Below are positions 10,136 through 19,128 of a DNA stretch of 64,000 nucleotides, in pieces; within the stretch, counting starts at the first letter, position 1; each line of letters starts with the position of its first letter. The position numbers and the translations under genes are program-made. The notes beneath the pieces are model-generated. The model was not told where the DNA came from. It was given only the letters and a program-made list of their open reading frames with translations, and did not search any database. Source of the stretch: an uncultured Chloroflexia bacterium (lineage in GTDB: Bacteria; Chloroflexota; Limnocylindria; Limnocylindrales; CSP1-4); assembly GCA_963734535.1 (NCBI GenBank), contig CAVTHS010000006.1:160001-224000 (forward strand), in the 5' to 3' direction.

Positions 10136-12091
10136 ATGAATAGACCCGATCAGAAGTTCCGCAAGCGCTTTGCCGTCCTGGTGACGGGAGGCGTTCTCGT
10201 CGCAGCACTGTTCCCGATGGCCGGAAGCGTGCTGGCAGCCGTGCCGACGGTGCCGACTGGCCTGACGCTCGCCCCGGCGAGTGACAGCGGCACTGCGGGC
10301 GACAACATCACCAACGACACGACGCCGACGATCACGGGCAGCAGGGAAGCCGCCACCACGGTGAGCCTCTTCGCCAACGGGACGCCGAAGGGTTCCGATG
10401 CCGGCGCTGGCACCTCGTGGAGCATCGACGCGACCCCTGCGCTGACCGAGGGGACGTACTCGTTCACGGCCACGGCCTCGAACGTGGACGGTACGAGTGG
10501 CAGTTCGGCACCGCTTTCGATCACGATCCTCACGCCACCGACCGTGACGGTCAAGCCGGCGACAGCCCAGGCGAATCCGACCAGCACCTCGCCGGTCAAC
10601 TTCACCGTCGTCTTCAGCCACGCGGTCACCAACTTCGTGGCGAGTGACGTCACGCTCTCCGCCAGCACGGCCGGCGGTACCCTGATCCCGACTCTCACCG
10701 GGAGCGGCTCGACCTACAACGTCGCGGTCACCGGGATGACGACAGCGGGGACCGTCTTCGCCTCCGTCGCCGCTGGCCTCGCCACCGACGTGGCCGGCAA
10801 CACGAACCAGGCGTCGGCCAATTCGGACAACTCCGTCGTGTGGGATCCGACCCTCGGGCCGACGGTGACCATCAACCAGGCTTCCGGGCAGGCGGACCCG
10901 ACGGCGACAACCCCGATCAACTTCACGGTGGTCTTCAGCGCAGCCGTCACCGGCTTCGACGGGACCGACGTCACGCTGTCTGGCACTGCCGGCGCCACGA
11001 CCACGACGGTCACCGGGAGCGGGACCACCTATAACGTGGCCGTCTCGGGCATGACCGCCAACGGCACTGTCATCGCGACGATCGCAGCCGACCGGGCCCT
11101 CAGCACAGTCGGAAGCCACCCGAACCATGCGTCGACGAGCACCGACAACTCGGTGACCTTCGCGTTCGGTAACAAGTTCCTCGTGACGTCGAGCAGCTAC
11201 ACGCCGGTCCCCGGCGGGGCTGTGACGATCAGCGCCCAGCTGGCGACCGCGGCCGGCGTGGCGGTTGCCACGTCCGGCGTCGTGGTGACGTGGTCGAGCA
11301 CGAACGGTGGCACCTTCTCGTCTGCCACCAGCACGACAAACGCGAGCGGCATCGCGACGGTCACGTTCACCGTCAGCTCCACGAGCGGGACCGTACACAC
11401 GGTCATTGCCACTGGCGGTGGCTTCACCGGGACCAGCTCGAACATCACGGTGGGCGCAAACACGGCCGCGGTGATCACGATCACCACGTCCGCGCCCATG
11501 CCGCCGGGCGCCCATGATCCGGTCATCACCTGGGGCCAGGGCTTCACCCTCGGCATCCAGTTCGCCGCCAGCGGGTCCGGCAAGACGGTCGCGCTCCAGG
11601 GAACCCGCGACGGGACCACCTGGACGACGATCACCAGCCTCACGATGGCCTCGTCGGGAGGCACCACGTACTACTACACCCCGGTCACCAACCTGTGGTA
11701 CCGGGCCGTGTTCGCCGGGACCGCTGACCTCGGCGCCGCGACCAGCAACCAGGTCCGCACGGTCGTCCGCCAGATCGCGATCATGCGACCGACCAACTTC
11801 GGGCACGTCCGGACCATCTCGCACAACACGTCGGTCACGTTCACCACGACGGTTCGCCCGGCTCGGCCGGAGCTCGCGCCGGCGACGGTGAGCTTCTGGT
11901 TCTACCGCCAGTCGGGCGGCTCGTGGGTGCTCGCAGCCAAGCGTGACGTCCTGATCGACGCCGCCGGGCTGGCCCGCACCACGTTCACGTTCACGTCGTC
12001 GGGCCAGTGGTACGTCCGCTCTGCGGCGAACCCGACGCCCTACAACGCGAACAGCGTCATGAGCCCAGTCGAGCGGTACAGCGTCCTCTGA
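10136..12091 (+). CDS. Exported Ig-like repeat protein (Big-type domains) with basic C-terminal domain
   Basis: RBS GGGAGG; signal peptide; DSGTAGDNITNDTTPTITG motif; two tandem PTVT...Q(A)xPT...NFTVVFS...SGxTYNVAVxGMT repeats. Confidence 0.88.
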   Translation: MNRPDQKFRKRFAVLVTGGVLVAALFPMAGSVLAAVPTVPTGLTLAPASDSGTAGDNITNDTTPTITGSREAATTVSLFANGTPKGSDAGAGTSWSIDATPALTEGTYSFTATASNVDGTSGSSAPLSITILTPPTVTVKPATAQANPTSTSPVNFTVVFSHAVTNFVASDVTLSASTAGGTLIPTLTGSGSTYNVAVTGMTTAGTVFASVAAGLATDVAGNTNQASANSDNSVVWDPTLGPTVTINQASGQADPTATTPINFTVVFSAAVTGFDGTDVTLSGTAGATTTTVTGSGTTYNVAVSGMTANGTVIATIAADRALSTVGSHPNHASTSTDNSVTFAFGNKFLVTSSSYTPVPGGAVTISAQLATAAGVAVATSGVVVTWSSTNGGTFSSATSTTNASGIATVTFTVSSTSGTVHTVIATGGGFTGTSSNITVGANTAAVITITTSAPMPPGAHDPVITWGQGFTLGIQFAASGSGKTVALQGTRDGTTWTTITSLTMASSGGTTYYYTPVTNLWYRAVFAGTADLGAATSNQVRTVVRQIAIMRPTNFGHVRTISHNTSVTFTTTVRPARPELAPATVSFWFYRQSGGSWVLAAKRDVLIDAAGLARTTFTFTSSGQWYVRSAANPTPYNANSVMSPVERYSVL

Positions 12092-12151
12092 CCACTGGAG
12101 TCCGGCGGCGGTCCGTTGACCGCTGACGGGCCTGCCTCGTAGCACGAGTTC

Positions 12152-12186
12152 AAGGAGCCCGTCCGGGTCACCCGGGCGGGCTCCTT
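12152..12186. terminator. Bidirectional terminator-like hairpin
   Basis: AAGGAGCCCGTCCGGG-TCA-CCCGGGCGGGCTCCTT between convergent genes. Confidence 0.7.
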
Positions 12187-12384
12187 CACGTTCTGCGGTC
12201 GGCGGTTCCCAGGTCGCGGAGGTTCCCAGCTCGCGGATCTGATGCACCCACCCCCATCGCGCGCCTGCGGGGTTGTTGCGGATGAGCGCCAGGTGGCAGC
12301 GCTGCTCCAGCTGCTCGACCGTGTTCACACCGCCACGTACGACGATCGTCGCGTCGGGCCACGTGCTCGGGTCGAGAACGTCAA

Positions 12385-13146
12385 TCATTGGCGCTGCTCC
12401 GATCGAACCCCGTCGTGGGGCTGGACTCCAGCCCCGAGCCACAGGATCCCGTCCCCGGGCCATGGCATGTCGGTGGACGTGAGCGCGCTGCGAATGTCGG
12501 CGGACGAGGCCGGAAACGCCGCCTTGATCGTGCCCGGGTGTTCCGCGACCAGGGAGCGGTGGTGGCGGGTCGGTGGGAGCACGAGCACGACATGCACGCG
12601 CGGCCCGGGTTCCCCGTCGGTTGCTGGGGCGGTGTCCCCCGCGACCGCCGATCGCTTGTCCTCACCCTCGCGGATGATCGCCTCGAGCGCGTGGACATGG
12701 GTCTCGACCTCGAGCAGGACCGTCACGCCCCCGCGATCCAGGCGGAGATCGGTCGACCGGCGGCCCGGCCCGGGTACGGGTGCTTCGACCCTGGCATGCC
12801 AGCTCGGGTGCCGCAGTCGGAGCAGCGCTTCGACCATTCTTGCGTGCGCGGCGTCGTGGATCAGCGGCGCCGCATCCGGGTAGATGCCGAGCCGGAAGTC
12901 GGCTCCAAGGACGGCGACCGCCCGGGCGCGGATCTGATCCGCCACCGTTGCGCGGCCCGCTTCCATTCGGCAGATCGTGGCGCGGTCGACCCCGATTGCC
13001 CGGGCGACTGCAGCCTGGCTCACTCCCGTTCGCAACCTCATGAGCCGGAACTCCTCGCCGAATTTGGTCGCGGCCCGCCGAAGCTGGCGGTCGCCCTCGT
13101 TGATCGCAGCCCGGCTGGTCCCGGCCCGATTGGTCGCGTTGGCCAT
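12385..13146 (-). CDS. XRE-family HTH fused to a PD-(D/E)xK / DUF559-like endonuclease-fold domain
   Basis: RLRTGVSQAAVARAIGVDRATICRMEAG (XRE HTH); VEAPV...RSTDLRL...VLLEVET (REase-like). Confidence 0.8.
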   Translation of the reverse strand: MANATNRAGTSRAAINEGDRQLRRAATKFGEEFRLMRLRTGVSQAAVARAIGVDRATICRMEAGRATVADQIRARAVAVLGADFRLGIYPDAAPLIHDAAHARMVEALLRLRHPSWHARVEAPVPGPGRRSTDLRLDRGGVTVLLEVETHVHALEAIIREGEDKRSAVAGDTAPATDGEPGPRVHVVLVLPPTRHHRSLVAEHPGTIKAAFPASSADIRSALTSTDMPWPGDGILWLGAGVQPHDGVRSEQRQ

Positions 13147-13302
13147 GTGGGTCTCTCGGCTTGTACGCAGGCGCGGCGGGTGGTGCACCCAGTTCAACAA
13201 ATGGCACTCACCGGCGGCTTACGTGGCTCGGGGGACGCCTGGCCGGGAGGGCCGGACCTGTGTCGACGCCGCCCGAGCCGGCGCCGGGGCGTCTTGGACC
13301 GC

Positions 13303-13499
13303 TTGTTGCCGCCGGGGCAGCAAACCGAGGGTGCTGACCTGGGCGCTGGCGCTGTAGCTTCCGCTTCGGGGTGGGCAGCGCCGGTTTGTTGCCGCGTGGG
13401 CAACGGGGGCCGGATACGGGGCTGTGTATGGGTCCCGAACGAGTCGTTGGGCGTCCGCGGGAGCGGCGTCAGGGCCGGTTTGTTGCACCGTGGGCAACG
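13303..13499. repeat. Three imperfect palindromic boxes upstream of the XRE-endonuclease gene
   Basis: TTGTTGCCGCCGGGGCAGCAA at 13303; GCCGGTTTGTTGCCGCGTGGGCAACG at 13380; GCCGGTTTGTTGCACCGTGGGCAACG at 13474. Confidence 0.7.
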
Positions 13500-13656
13500 C
13501 CGGCCGGGAGCGGGCCTGGGCGCCTCTCGCGGGCTACGCCGGCACGCCGCGCTGCGGGCCCGGGCGCCTCTCGCGGGCTATGGCCGGCCCGATCCGCCGC
13601 GGCTCCCCGCGTCCCGCGTTGGCCCCTCGCCGCCCGCCCTCGGCGCCGCCGCTTCC

Positions 13657-14976
13657 TCAGCTCCCGCCGATCACTGACGTCACCACCAGGATGAGTGACA
13701 AGAGAATCAGGACCGCCGTGGAGGTCCAGCCGATCGCGCCGAGGATGCGGCCGCTTGCGAGGCTGCCCATGATCTCGCGGTCGCGAGCGAGCAGCATCAC
13801 GAAAACCAGGATGAACGGCAGCAGGAGGGCGTTCAGGACCTGCGCCAGGAACATGACCTGGATCAGCGGCAGCCCCGGGATCATGACGAAGAGCGCGGCG
13901 AACCCGATGAAGAACGCCAGCAGGCCGTAGAACGCGGGCGCCTCGCGCCAGTTCCAGTCGACGCCGGTCTCCCAGCCGAATGCCTCGCAGGTCGTGTACG
14001 CGCTCGTCATCGGCACGACGCCGAGGCCCAGGAACGACGCCCCGAGAAGGCCGCCCGCGAACAGGACGGTCGCCCCCGTTCCCGCGAAGGGCTCGAGCGC
14101 CTTTGCCGCGTCGGCCGCGCCGGTGATCGTGATGCCGGCCGTGAACAGGGTCGCCGCGCAGGCCACCACGATGAAGCCGGCGATGACGTTCGTCAGGAGC
14201 GCGCCGGCGAAGACGTCGAGGCGGCTTGCCGCGAGGTCGTCGGGTCGCAGCCCCTTGTCGGCCACGTACGACTGGATGAACGCCTGGCCCCAGGGCGTGA
14301 TCGTCGTCCCCACGGTGCCGACGACCGCGAGCCAGTAGACCGGCGACGCGGTGAGGTGCGGGACCACGAGGTTCCGCGCGGCGAGTCCCCAGTCAGGTCC
14401 GGCGATGAACGCCGAGATGACGTAGGCGCCGGAGACGAGGATCCCGATCCCGACGAAGAGGTACTGGACCCGGCTGTAGTTGCCCAGGGCGATGAACCCG
14501 ACCACGATCACCGCCGCGACCGCGGCGCTGATCTGGGGCGGCACGCCGAACAGGCCGAGGGCGGACCCGATGCCTGCGAACTCCGCGACGGTCGATCCCA
14601 GGTTGGCCGTGAGCATGAGGAGCGCGGCGAACGCGGCCCACCGAACGCCCCATCGCTCGCGGATCAGGCCCATGAGGCCCTTGCCCGTGGCAAGCCCCAG
14701 GCGCGCCCCCACCTCCTGCGTGAAGAACAGGACGACCTGGCTCGCAAGGATCACCCACAGGAGCGCGTAGCCGAGCTGCGCCCCCACGATGGAGTAGGTC
14801 GTGATGCCACCGGCGTCGTTGTCGGCGAAGCCGCTCACGAGGCCCGGTCCCAGGACGGCGAGGACGGCGACGAGCCGCACCCGCCAGGCGGGAATCCGGG
14901 GGAGCGGGCGGGGGACCCGCGGGCGGATGGCGCGCGTGGCCGCGGTGCGCGTACCGGGGCGCCGCTGCTGCGTCAC
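13657..14976 (-). CDS. Nramp-family divalent metal transporter (Nramp-related Mg2+ transporter type)
   Basis: GPGLVSGFADNDAGGITTYS and VGTTITPWGQ motifs; ~11 TMs; start uncertain (ORF extends to 15021). Confidence 0.9.
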   Translation of the reverse strand: MTQQRRPGTRTAATRAIRPRVPRPLPRIPAWRVRLVAVLAVLGPGLVSGFADNDAGGITTYSIVGAQLGYALLWVILASQVVLFFTQEVGARLGLATGKGLMGLIRERWGVRWAAFAALLMLTANLGSTVAEFAGIGSALGLFGVPPQISAAVAAVIVVGFIALGNYSRVQYLFVGIGILVSGAYVISAFIAGPDWGLAARNLVVPHLTASPVYWLAVVGTVGTTITPWGQAFIQSYVADKGLRPDDLAASRLDVFAGALLTNVIAGFIVVACAATLFTAGITITGAADAAKALEPFAGTGATVLFAGGLLGASFLGLGVVPMTSAYTTCEAFGWETGVDWNWREAPAFYGLLAFFIGFAALFVMIPGLPLIQVMFLAQVLNALLLPFILVFVMLLARDREIMGSLASGRILGAIGWTSTAVLILLSLILVVTSVIGGS

Positions 14977-14984
14977 CGGCTGTG

Positions 14985-16241
14985 CTACCGGCTGAAGACG
15001 CGCGGGAGGCGCTTCTTCCACGCGGTGGGGATGATCGTGTCGAGCGCGTCGTCGACGGTCACGATGCCGACCAGGCGGCCGTCGTCGTCGACCACGGGCA
15101 CCGCCAGCAGGTTGTAGTGCGCGACGACCTCGGCCACCTCGTCCTGGTCCGCGAGGGCTCCGACCGCCACCGGTTCGCGGATCATCACGTCGCCGATGGC
15201 GGCCTCCGGCCGCGCCACGATCAGGTCACGCAGCGACAGCACCCCCACGAGCCGGCGGTCCTCGTCGGTCACGTACACGTAGTAGATCGTCTCCGCGTCG
15301 GGCTCCAGCTCGCGAAGCCGGTTGATCGCCTGGGCCGCCGTGAGGCCCGCCCCGAGGGCGATGTACTCGGTGGTCATGATCCCGCCGGCGGACTCCTCGG
15401 GATAGCCAAGGAGCTCGTTGACCTCCGCGACCTCGTCCTTCTCCATGTGCGAGAGGATCTCGTCGCGGGTGTCCTGGTCCAGGTCGGCCACGAGGTCGGC
15501 CGCATCGTCGGGCGACATCTCCTCGAGGATGTCGGCGGCGCGCTCCGGGGCGAGATCCTCCAGGACGTCGACCTGGGTCTCCGGCTCCATCTCCTCCATC
15601 GCGTCGGCGACCGCTTCGTCATTCAGGGCGGCAAGGACGCCGGCGCGGTCGCGCGGCGCGAGCTGCTCGACGATGGACGCGAGGTCGGCCGGGTGCAGCT
15701 GAAGGAGCTTGCTGTGGGGCACGCGCAGCCGGACGCTCGCGATCGTGCTGTCCAGGGGATCCACGTCCTCCCAGTCGATGTAGCGCTCGGGGACGCCGCG
15801 GCCCAGGTTGCGAGCGAGGACGCGGAACGGCCCCTCGAAGCCGAGACGACGCATCAGCCCGGCCGCACCGACGTCGACTGCCACGACGTGCAGCGCCCCT
15901 TCGATCTCGTCGAGGCTGACGTCGTTGACCCGGATCACCTTGCGTCCCTCGATGTCGACGATCTGCTTGTCCATGAGGTCGCCCTTGAGCAGGATCTCGT
16001 TCGGGCGCTGGCGGAACTTGCCGATGTCGATGGTCAGGACGCGGAGGCGCGCGCCGGTCGCGTCCATCTGGGCGACCGACGCCCAGGGCAGGAAGATGCG
16101 CCGGCGGTCGGTCACCACGACCAGGCCGGTGACGGGCGGATAGCGGTCGCCGATCGCCACGATCAGGTCGGCGACCTTGCCGATCGGCTCGCCCGACGGA
16201 TCGCGGACAGGCCGACCGATGCACTGGCTCAGGAAGAGCAT
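14985..16241 (-). CDS. MgtE N-terminal + CBS domain protein (soluble, PRC-like N-terminus)
   Basis: LHPADLASI...EEMSPDDAADL...YPEESAGGIMTTEY, a CBS pair and no TM domain; RBS GAGGTGG before ATG 16241. Confidence 0.92.
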   Translation of the reverse strand: MLFLSQCIGRPVRDPSGEPIGKVADLIVAIGDRYPPVTGLVVVTDRRRIFLPWASVAQMDATGARLRVLTIDIGKFRQRPNEILLKGDLMDKQIVDIEGRKVIRVNDVSLDEIEGALHVVAVDVGAAGLMRRLGFEGPFRVLARNLGRGVPERYIDWEDVDPLDSTIASVRLRVPHSKLLQLHPADLASIVEQLAPRDRAGVLAALNDEAVADAMEEMEPETQVDVLEDLAPERAADILEEMSPDDAADLVADLDQDTRDEILSHMEKDEVAEVNELLGYPEESAGGIMTTEYIALGAGLTAAQAINRLRELEPDAETIYYVYVTDEDRRLVGVLSLRDLIVARPEAAIGDVMIREPVAVGALADQDEVAEVVAHYNLLAVPVVDDDGRLVGIVTVDDALDTIIPTAWKKRLPRVFSR

Positions 16242-16242
16242 G

Positions 16243-16506
16243 GGCCACCTCGGGGGCGGGTCCGTCCCGCCTCTGGGTGGCCGCGGGCCGGGCGCATCGC
16301 GCGCACCGGCACCGCACCGCTCAACGGACGGGGCGGACCTCGTGGGTGATGCCAACGCTGCGCGCGCCGGCGGGACTTGGTCCGGTCTCCACTTGGGGAG
16401 AGGTCCTCCGTGCGGGTCTGGATGCCTGGCCGGCCCCTGTGCGCGTTGACTGCGGGCGTTGTGGTGAGGCAGGCCGAGTGTAGTCCCGCGATCGGCGAAG
16501 GGTCAA
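16243..16506 (-). promoter_or_regulatory. Sigma-70 promoter and long structured 5' leader of the Mg transport operon
   Basis: TTGACC (16506-16501), 18 nt, TACACT (16482-16477); hairpin at 16243-16282 sequesters the RBS. Confidence 0.65.
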
Positions 16507-16656
16507 TTCGAGCATGCTCGCGTGTGCATGCTCGCGGCCCCATCGGGCAGGCCTGCTCACATGTCAGGGCGCCCCCGGATGTCCCAGGCGCAGACGGCTG
16601 ACGGGCGCGCGCGCTGGACTGACGCGGCCACGACTGACGCCCGGGGTTGGGCTCCG

Positions 16657-16883
16657 ATCCTCGTCAATGATCGCCGGGCCATCACTGACCACGATGCCGT
16701 CTGGTCGCGACCTTCCGGGTGACCGCACGAGCCCGGCCCGGGCGCCGTTACCCTCGCTATTGCTGCTGGTGCGGCGCACATCCGAGGAATTCCCCGGGCG
16801 CCTTGGTGATCCTGAGCGTCCCGGGCGCCGTGTGGCGCCTGACCATCCAGGTTTGTGATCGCAGGCGAGGCATTGGCGAGGAA
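16657..16883. repeat. 227-bp dispersed element with terminal inverted repeats, copy 1
   Basis: ATCCTCGTCAATG...CATTGGCGAGGAA; aligns with 34986-35212. Confidence 0.75.
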
Positions 16884-16900
16884 AGTCACTCCCACGCGGC

Positions 16901-17182
16901 CGGCTCGGTGGTCACGCCGCCGGCTCGGTGCCCACGGCCGGCTCGGTGCTCACGCGCCGCCGGCTCGGCGCCCACGGCCGGCTCGGTGCTCACGCGCCGC
17001 CGGCTCGGCGCCCACGGCCGGCTCGGTGCTCACGCGCGGCGGGCTCGGTGCTCACGCGCCGCCGGCTCGGTGCTCACGCGCCGCCGGCTCGGTGCTCACG
17101 CGCCGCCGGCTCGGTGCTCACGCGCCGCCGGCTCGGTGCTCACGCGCCGCCGGCTCGGTGCTCACGCACCGCCGGCTCGGTG
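16901..17182. repeat. Tandem repeat of 18/22-bp units (CGGCTCGGTGCTCACGCGCCGC), ~13-14 copies
   Basis: Directly visible; alternating 18/22-bp units followed by a pure 22-bp run. Confidence 0.95.
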
Positions 17183-17371
17183 CGGCGGCCGGCGCGGCCC
17201 TGACCGCCGCCGGGTCCTCCGGCGCCCGGCGCGGAGCGCCGACGCGGTCTGATCTCGGTCGCCCCGGACCATCGGAGCATGGACCCGGACGAAGGTACTG
17301 CCCCACAACCGCCGTGAGTACTGCGCCGGGGACTGGCGGGTGCGGGGTGAGCGCGCCATCCTTGGAGCGTC

Positions 17372-18958
17372 GTGAGCTTCCTTCGCCGCATCCGCCCCGA
17401 CTACGACCGCACGAACCCGCTCGCGCGCCGCGTCTGGCGCCTCCGGTGGCTCCTTGCGGCGTTCTCGACCCTGCTCGGGCTCCTGCTGCTCTATCGACTC
17501 GTGACGCTCGACCGGCCCATCGACCTCGTGATCCTTGCCCTCCTCCCGCTCGTGGCCGCGTCCGAGCTCACCAGCTGGTACGCGGTGGAGGCGCGCGAGG
17601 GACGCCGCCGCGCCGTCGCCGAGGACATGGCCCGGATCCTCCACGACTTCTCTCGGGCCGAGTCGCCGGACGGGATCGTGGACGCGATCCTCGCCGAGGT
17701 GGCGCGCGGCACTGGCGCCGACCACCTGGTCGTGGTCCAGCGTCGACCGGGGACCCCGATCCTGGACGCGACGCTCATCGCGACACGACCGGGCGCGCAG
17801 TCGTCGTCGGCGTACCTGCCCGCCGCGGACCTCGAGCCGGATCCGCCGCCGGGGCCGCTGCCCGAGCGGCGCGGACGGCTCCGGAACGGGAGTGATGCGG
17901 GAGAGTCCGTCCCCGTCGGGGTCGGTGTCGTGGTGGAAGGACGCGACCTGGCGCCAGCTCGCGCGATGGCGGACGGCTCCGCGGGGACTGGCACCGGTGT
18001 GGCCGAGTCCGGTCGGGCCGACGCCGGCGAGGTCGTCGCAGCCGGAGGGGATACGCGGCGAACCGATGAGCGCGGCGCCGGTGAGCGAGGCGCGGGCGCC
18101 GGGGGGACGGACACCCTCAACGATGTGACGGTCGGTGTCGCCGTGGGCCCCGGCCGGGGGGCCGCGCTCGCGGCCGACGAGACACCCGAGGAATTGCGTG
18201 CTGCCCGGGCCTCGCTCCGCGGCCAGCCAGACCCGGCCGCGGCTGCGGCGTCGGTGGCTGCCCGCGTCGAGGGTCGCGTCCGGCGCACCTTCGGCATCTC
18301 GCACACGCTGGCCGTCCCACTCGTTGCGCGCGAGGAGATCCTGGGCGTCATCGTGATCTCGCGTCGCCGGCCCGGCAGCTGGCCGGATGGTGCGCGCCGA
18401 ATCCTCGACATCGCTGCCGCGGAGGCCGCCACCGCGCTCGCCCGCGTCCACTCGCTCCGCGACGCGCAGGCGCGTGCGTCCACGGACCCGCTGACCGGGC
18501 TGCCGAACCGGCGCTACTTCGAGGAATACGTCGAGCTGCTGGGGCGCGGCCGTCGTGCCGAGGATGCGCTCGGGATCCTGATGGTGGACGTCGATCGCTT
18601 CAAGGTCGTCAACGATCGACATGGCCACGCGATCGGCGACGTGGTGCTCCGCGCCATCGGCCGGACGATCGCCACGACCGTGCGCGACCTCGACGTTCCG
18701 GCCCGCTTCGGGGGCGAGGAGTTCGTGGTCCTGCTGCGCAACCCGAGCGAGGCGGTCGCGCTTGAGGTCGGGGAGCGGATCCGGGATGCCGTCGCGCGGA
18801 TCGACCTGCACGACATCGGCGTCGGGGCCGTCACGGTCTCCGTGGGTGCGTCCGTCTCGCGCTCGGAAGACGAGGCCGTCGCCACGCTCGTGGAGCGCGC
18901 CGACCATGCCCTCTATCGAGCCAAGCGGCAGGGTCGCAACCGGGTGGAGGCGGCGTAG
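17372..18958 (+). CDS. Membrane-anchored GAF-GGDEF diguanylate cyclase
   Basis: 2 TMs, GAF-like region, DPLTGLPNRR, DVDRFKVVNDRHGH, RDLD I-site, GGEEF active site. Confidence 0.93.
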   Translation: MSFLRRIRPDYDRTNPLARRVWRLRWLLAAFSTLLGLLLLYRLVTLDRPIDLVILALLPLVAASELTSWYAVEAREGRRRAVAEDMARILHDFSRAESPDGIVDAILAEVARGTGADHLVVVQRRPGTPILDATLIATRPGAQSSSAYLPAADLEPDPPPGPLPERRGRLRNGSDAGESVPVGVGVVVEGRDLAPARAMADGSAGTGTGVAESGRADAGEVVAAGGDTRRTDERGAGERGAGAGGTDTLNDVTVGVAVGPGRGAALAADETPEELRAARASLRGQPDPAAAAASVAARVEGRVRRTFGISHTLAVPLVAREEILGVIVISRRRPGSWPDGARRILDIAAAEAATALARVHSLRDAQARASTDPLTGLPNRRYFEEYVELLGRGRRAEDALGILMVDVDRFKVVNDRHGHAIGDVVLRAIGRTIATTVRDLDVPARFGGEEFVVLLRNPSEAVALEVGERIRDAVARIDLHDIGVGAVTVSVGASVSRSEDEAVATLVERADHALYRAKRQGRNRVEAA

Positions 18959-19128
18959 CCGCAAGTCGGGGCGAGGCCAAGGCGGGGCGCAGCCGCGAGG
19001 CTGGGCGAGGCCAAAGGCGGGCATGGCCGCGAGGCGACCCCACGTGGCGGCCCGACGCAACGGTGCCCGCACGGCGTCGCTCGCGCCCAAACACCCGACG
19101 CAGGTCCCGCGGCGGGTACCATCGACGG

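Noticed and set aside
16855-16895. GAGGAAAGTC resembling the RNase P RNA P4 motif
   Set aside because: Followed by tandem repeats with no 3' P4 partner; it is the end of the 227-bp element
16901-17182. Possible CRISPR array
   Set aside because: Units are contiguous with no unique spacers, and there are no cas genes; it is a plain tandem repeat
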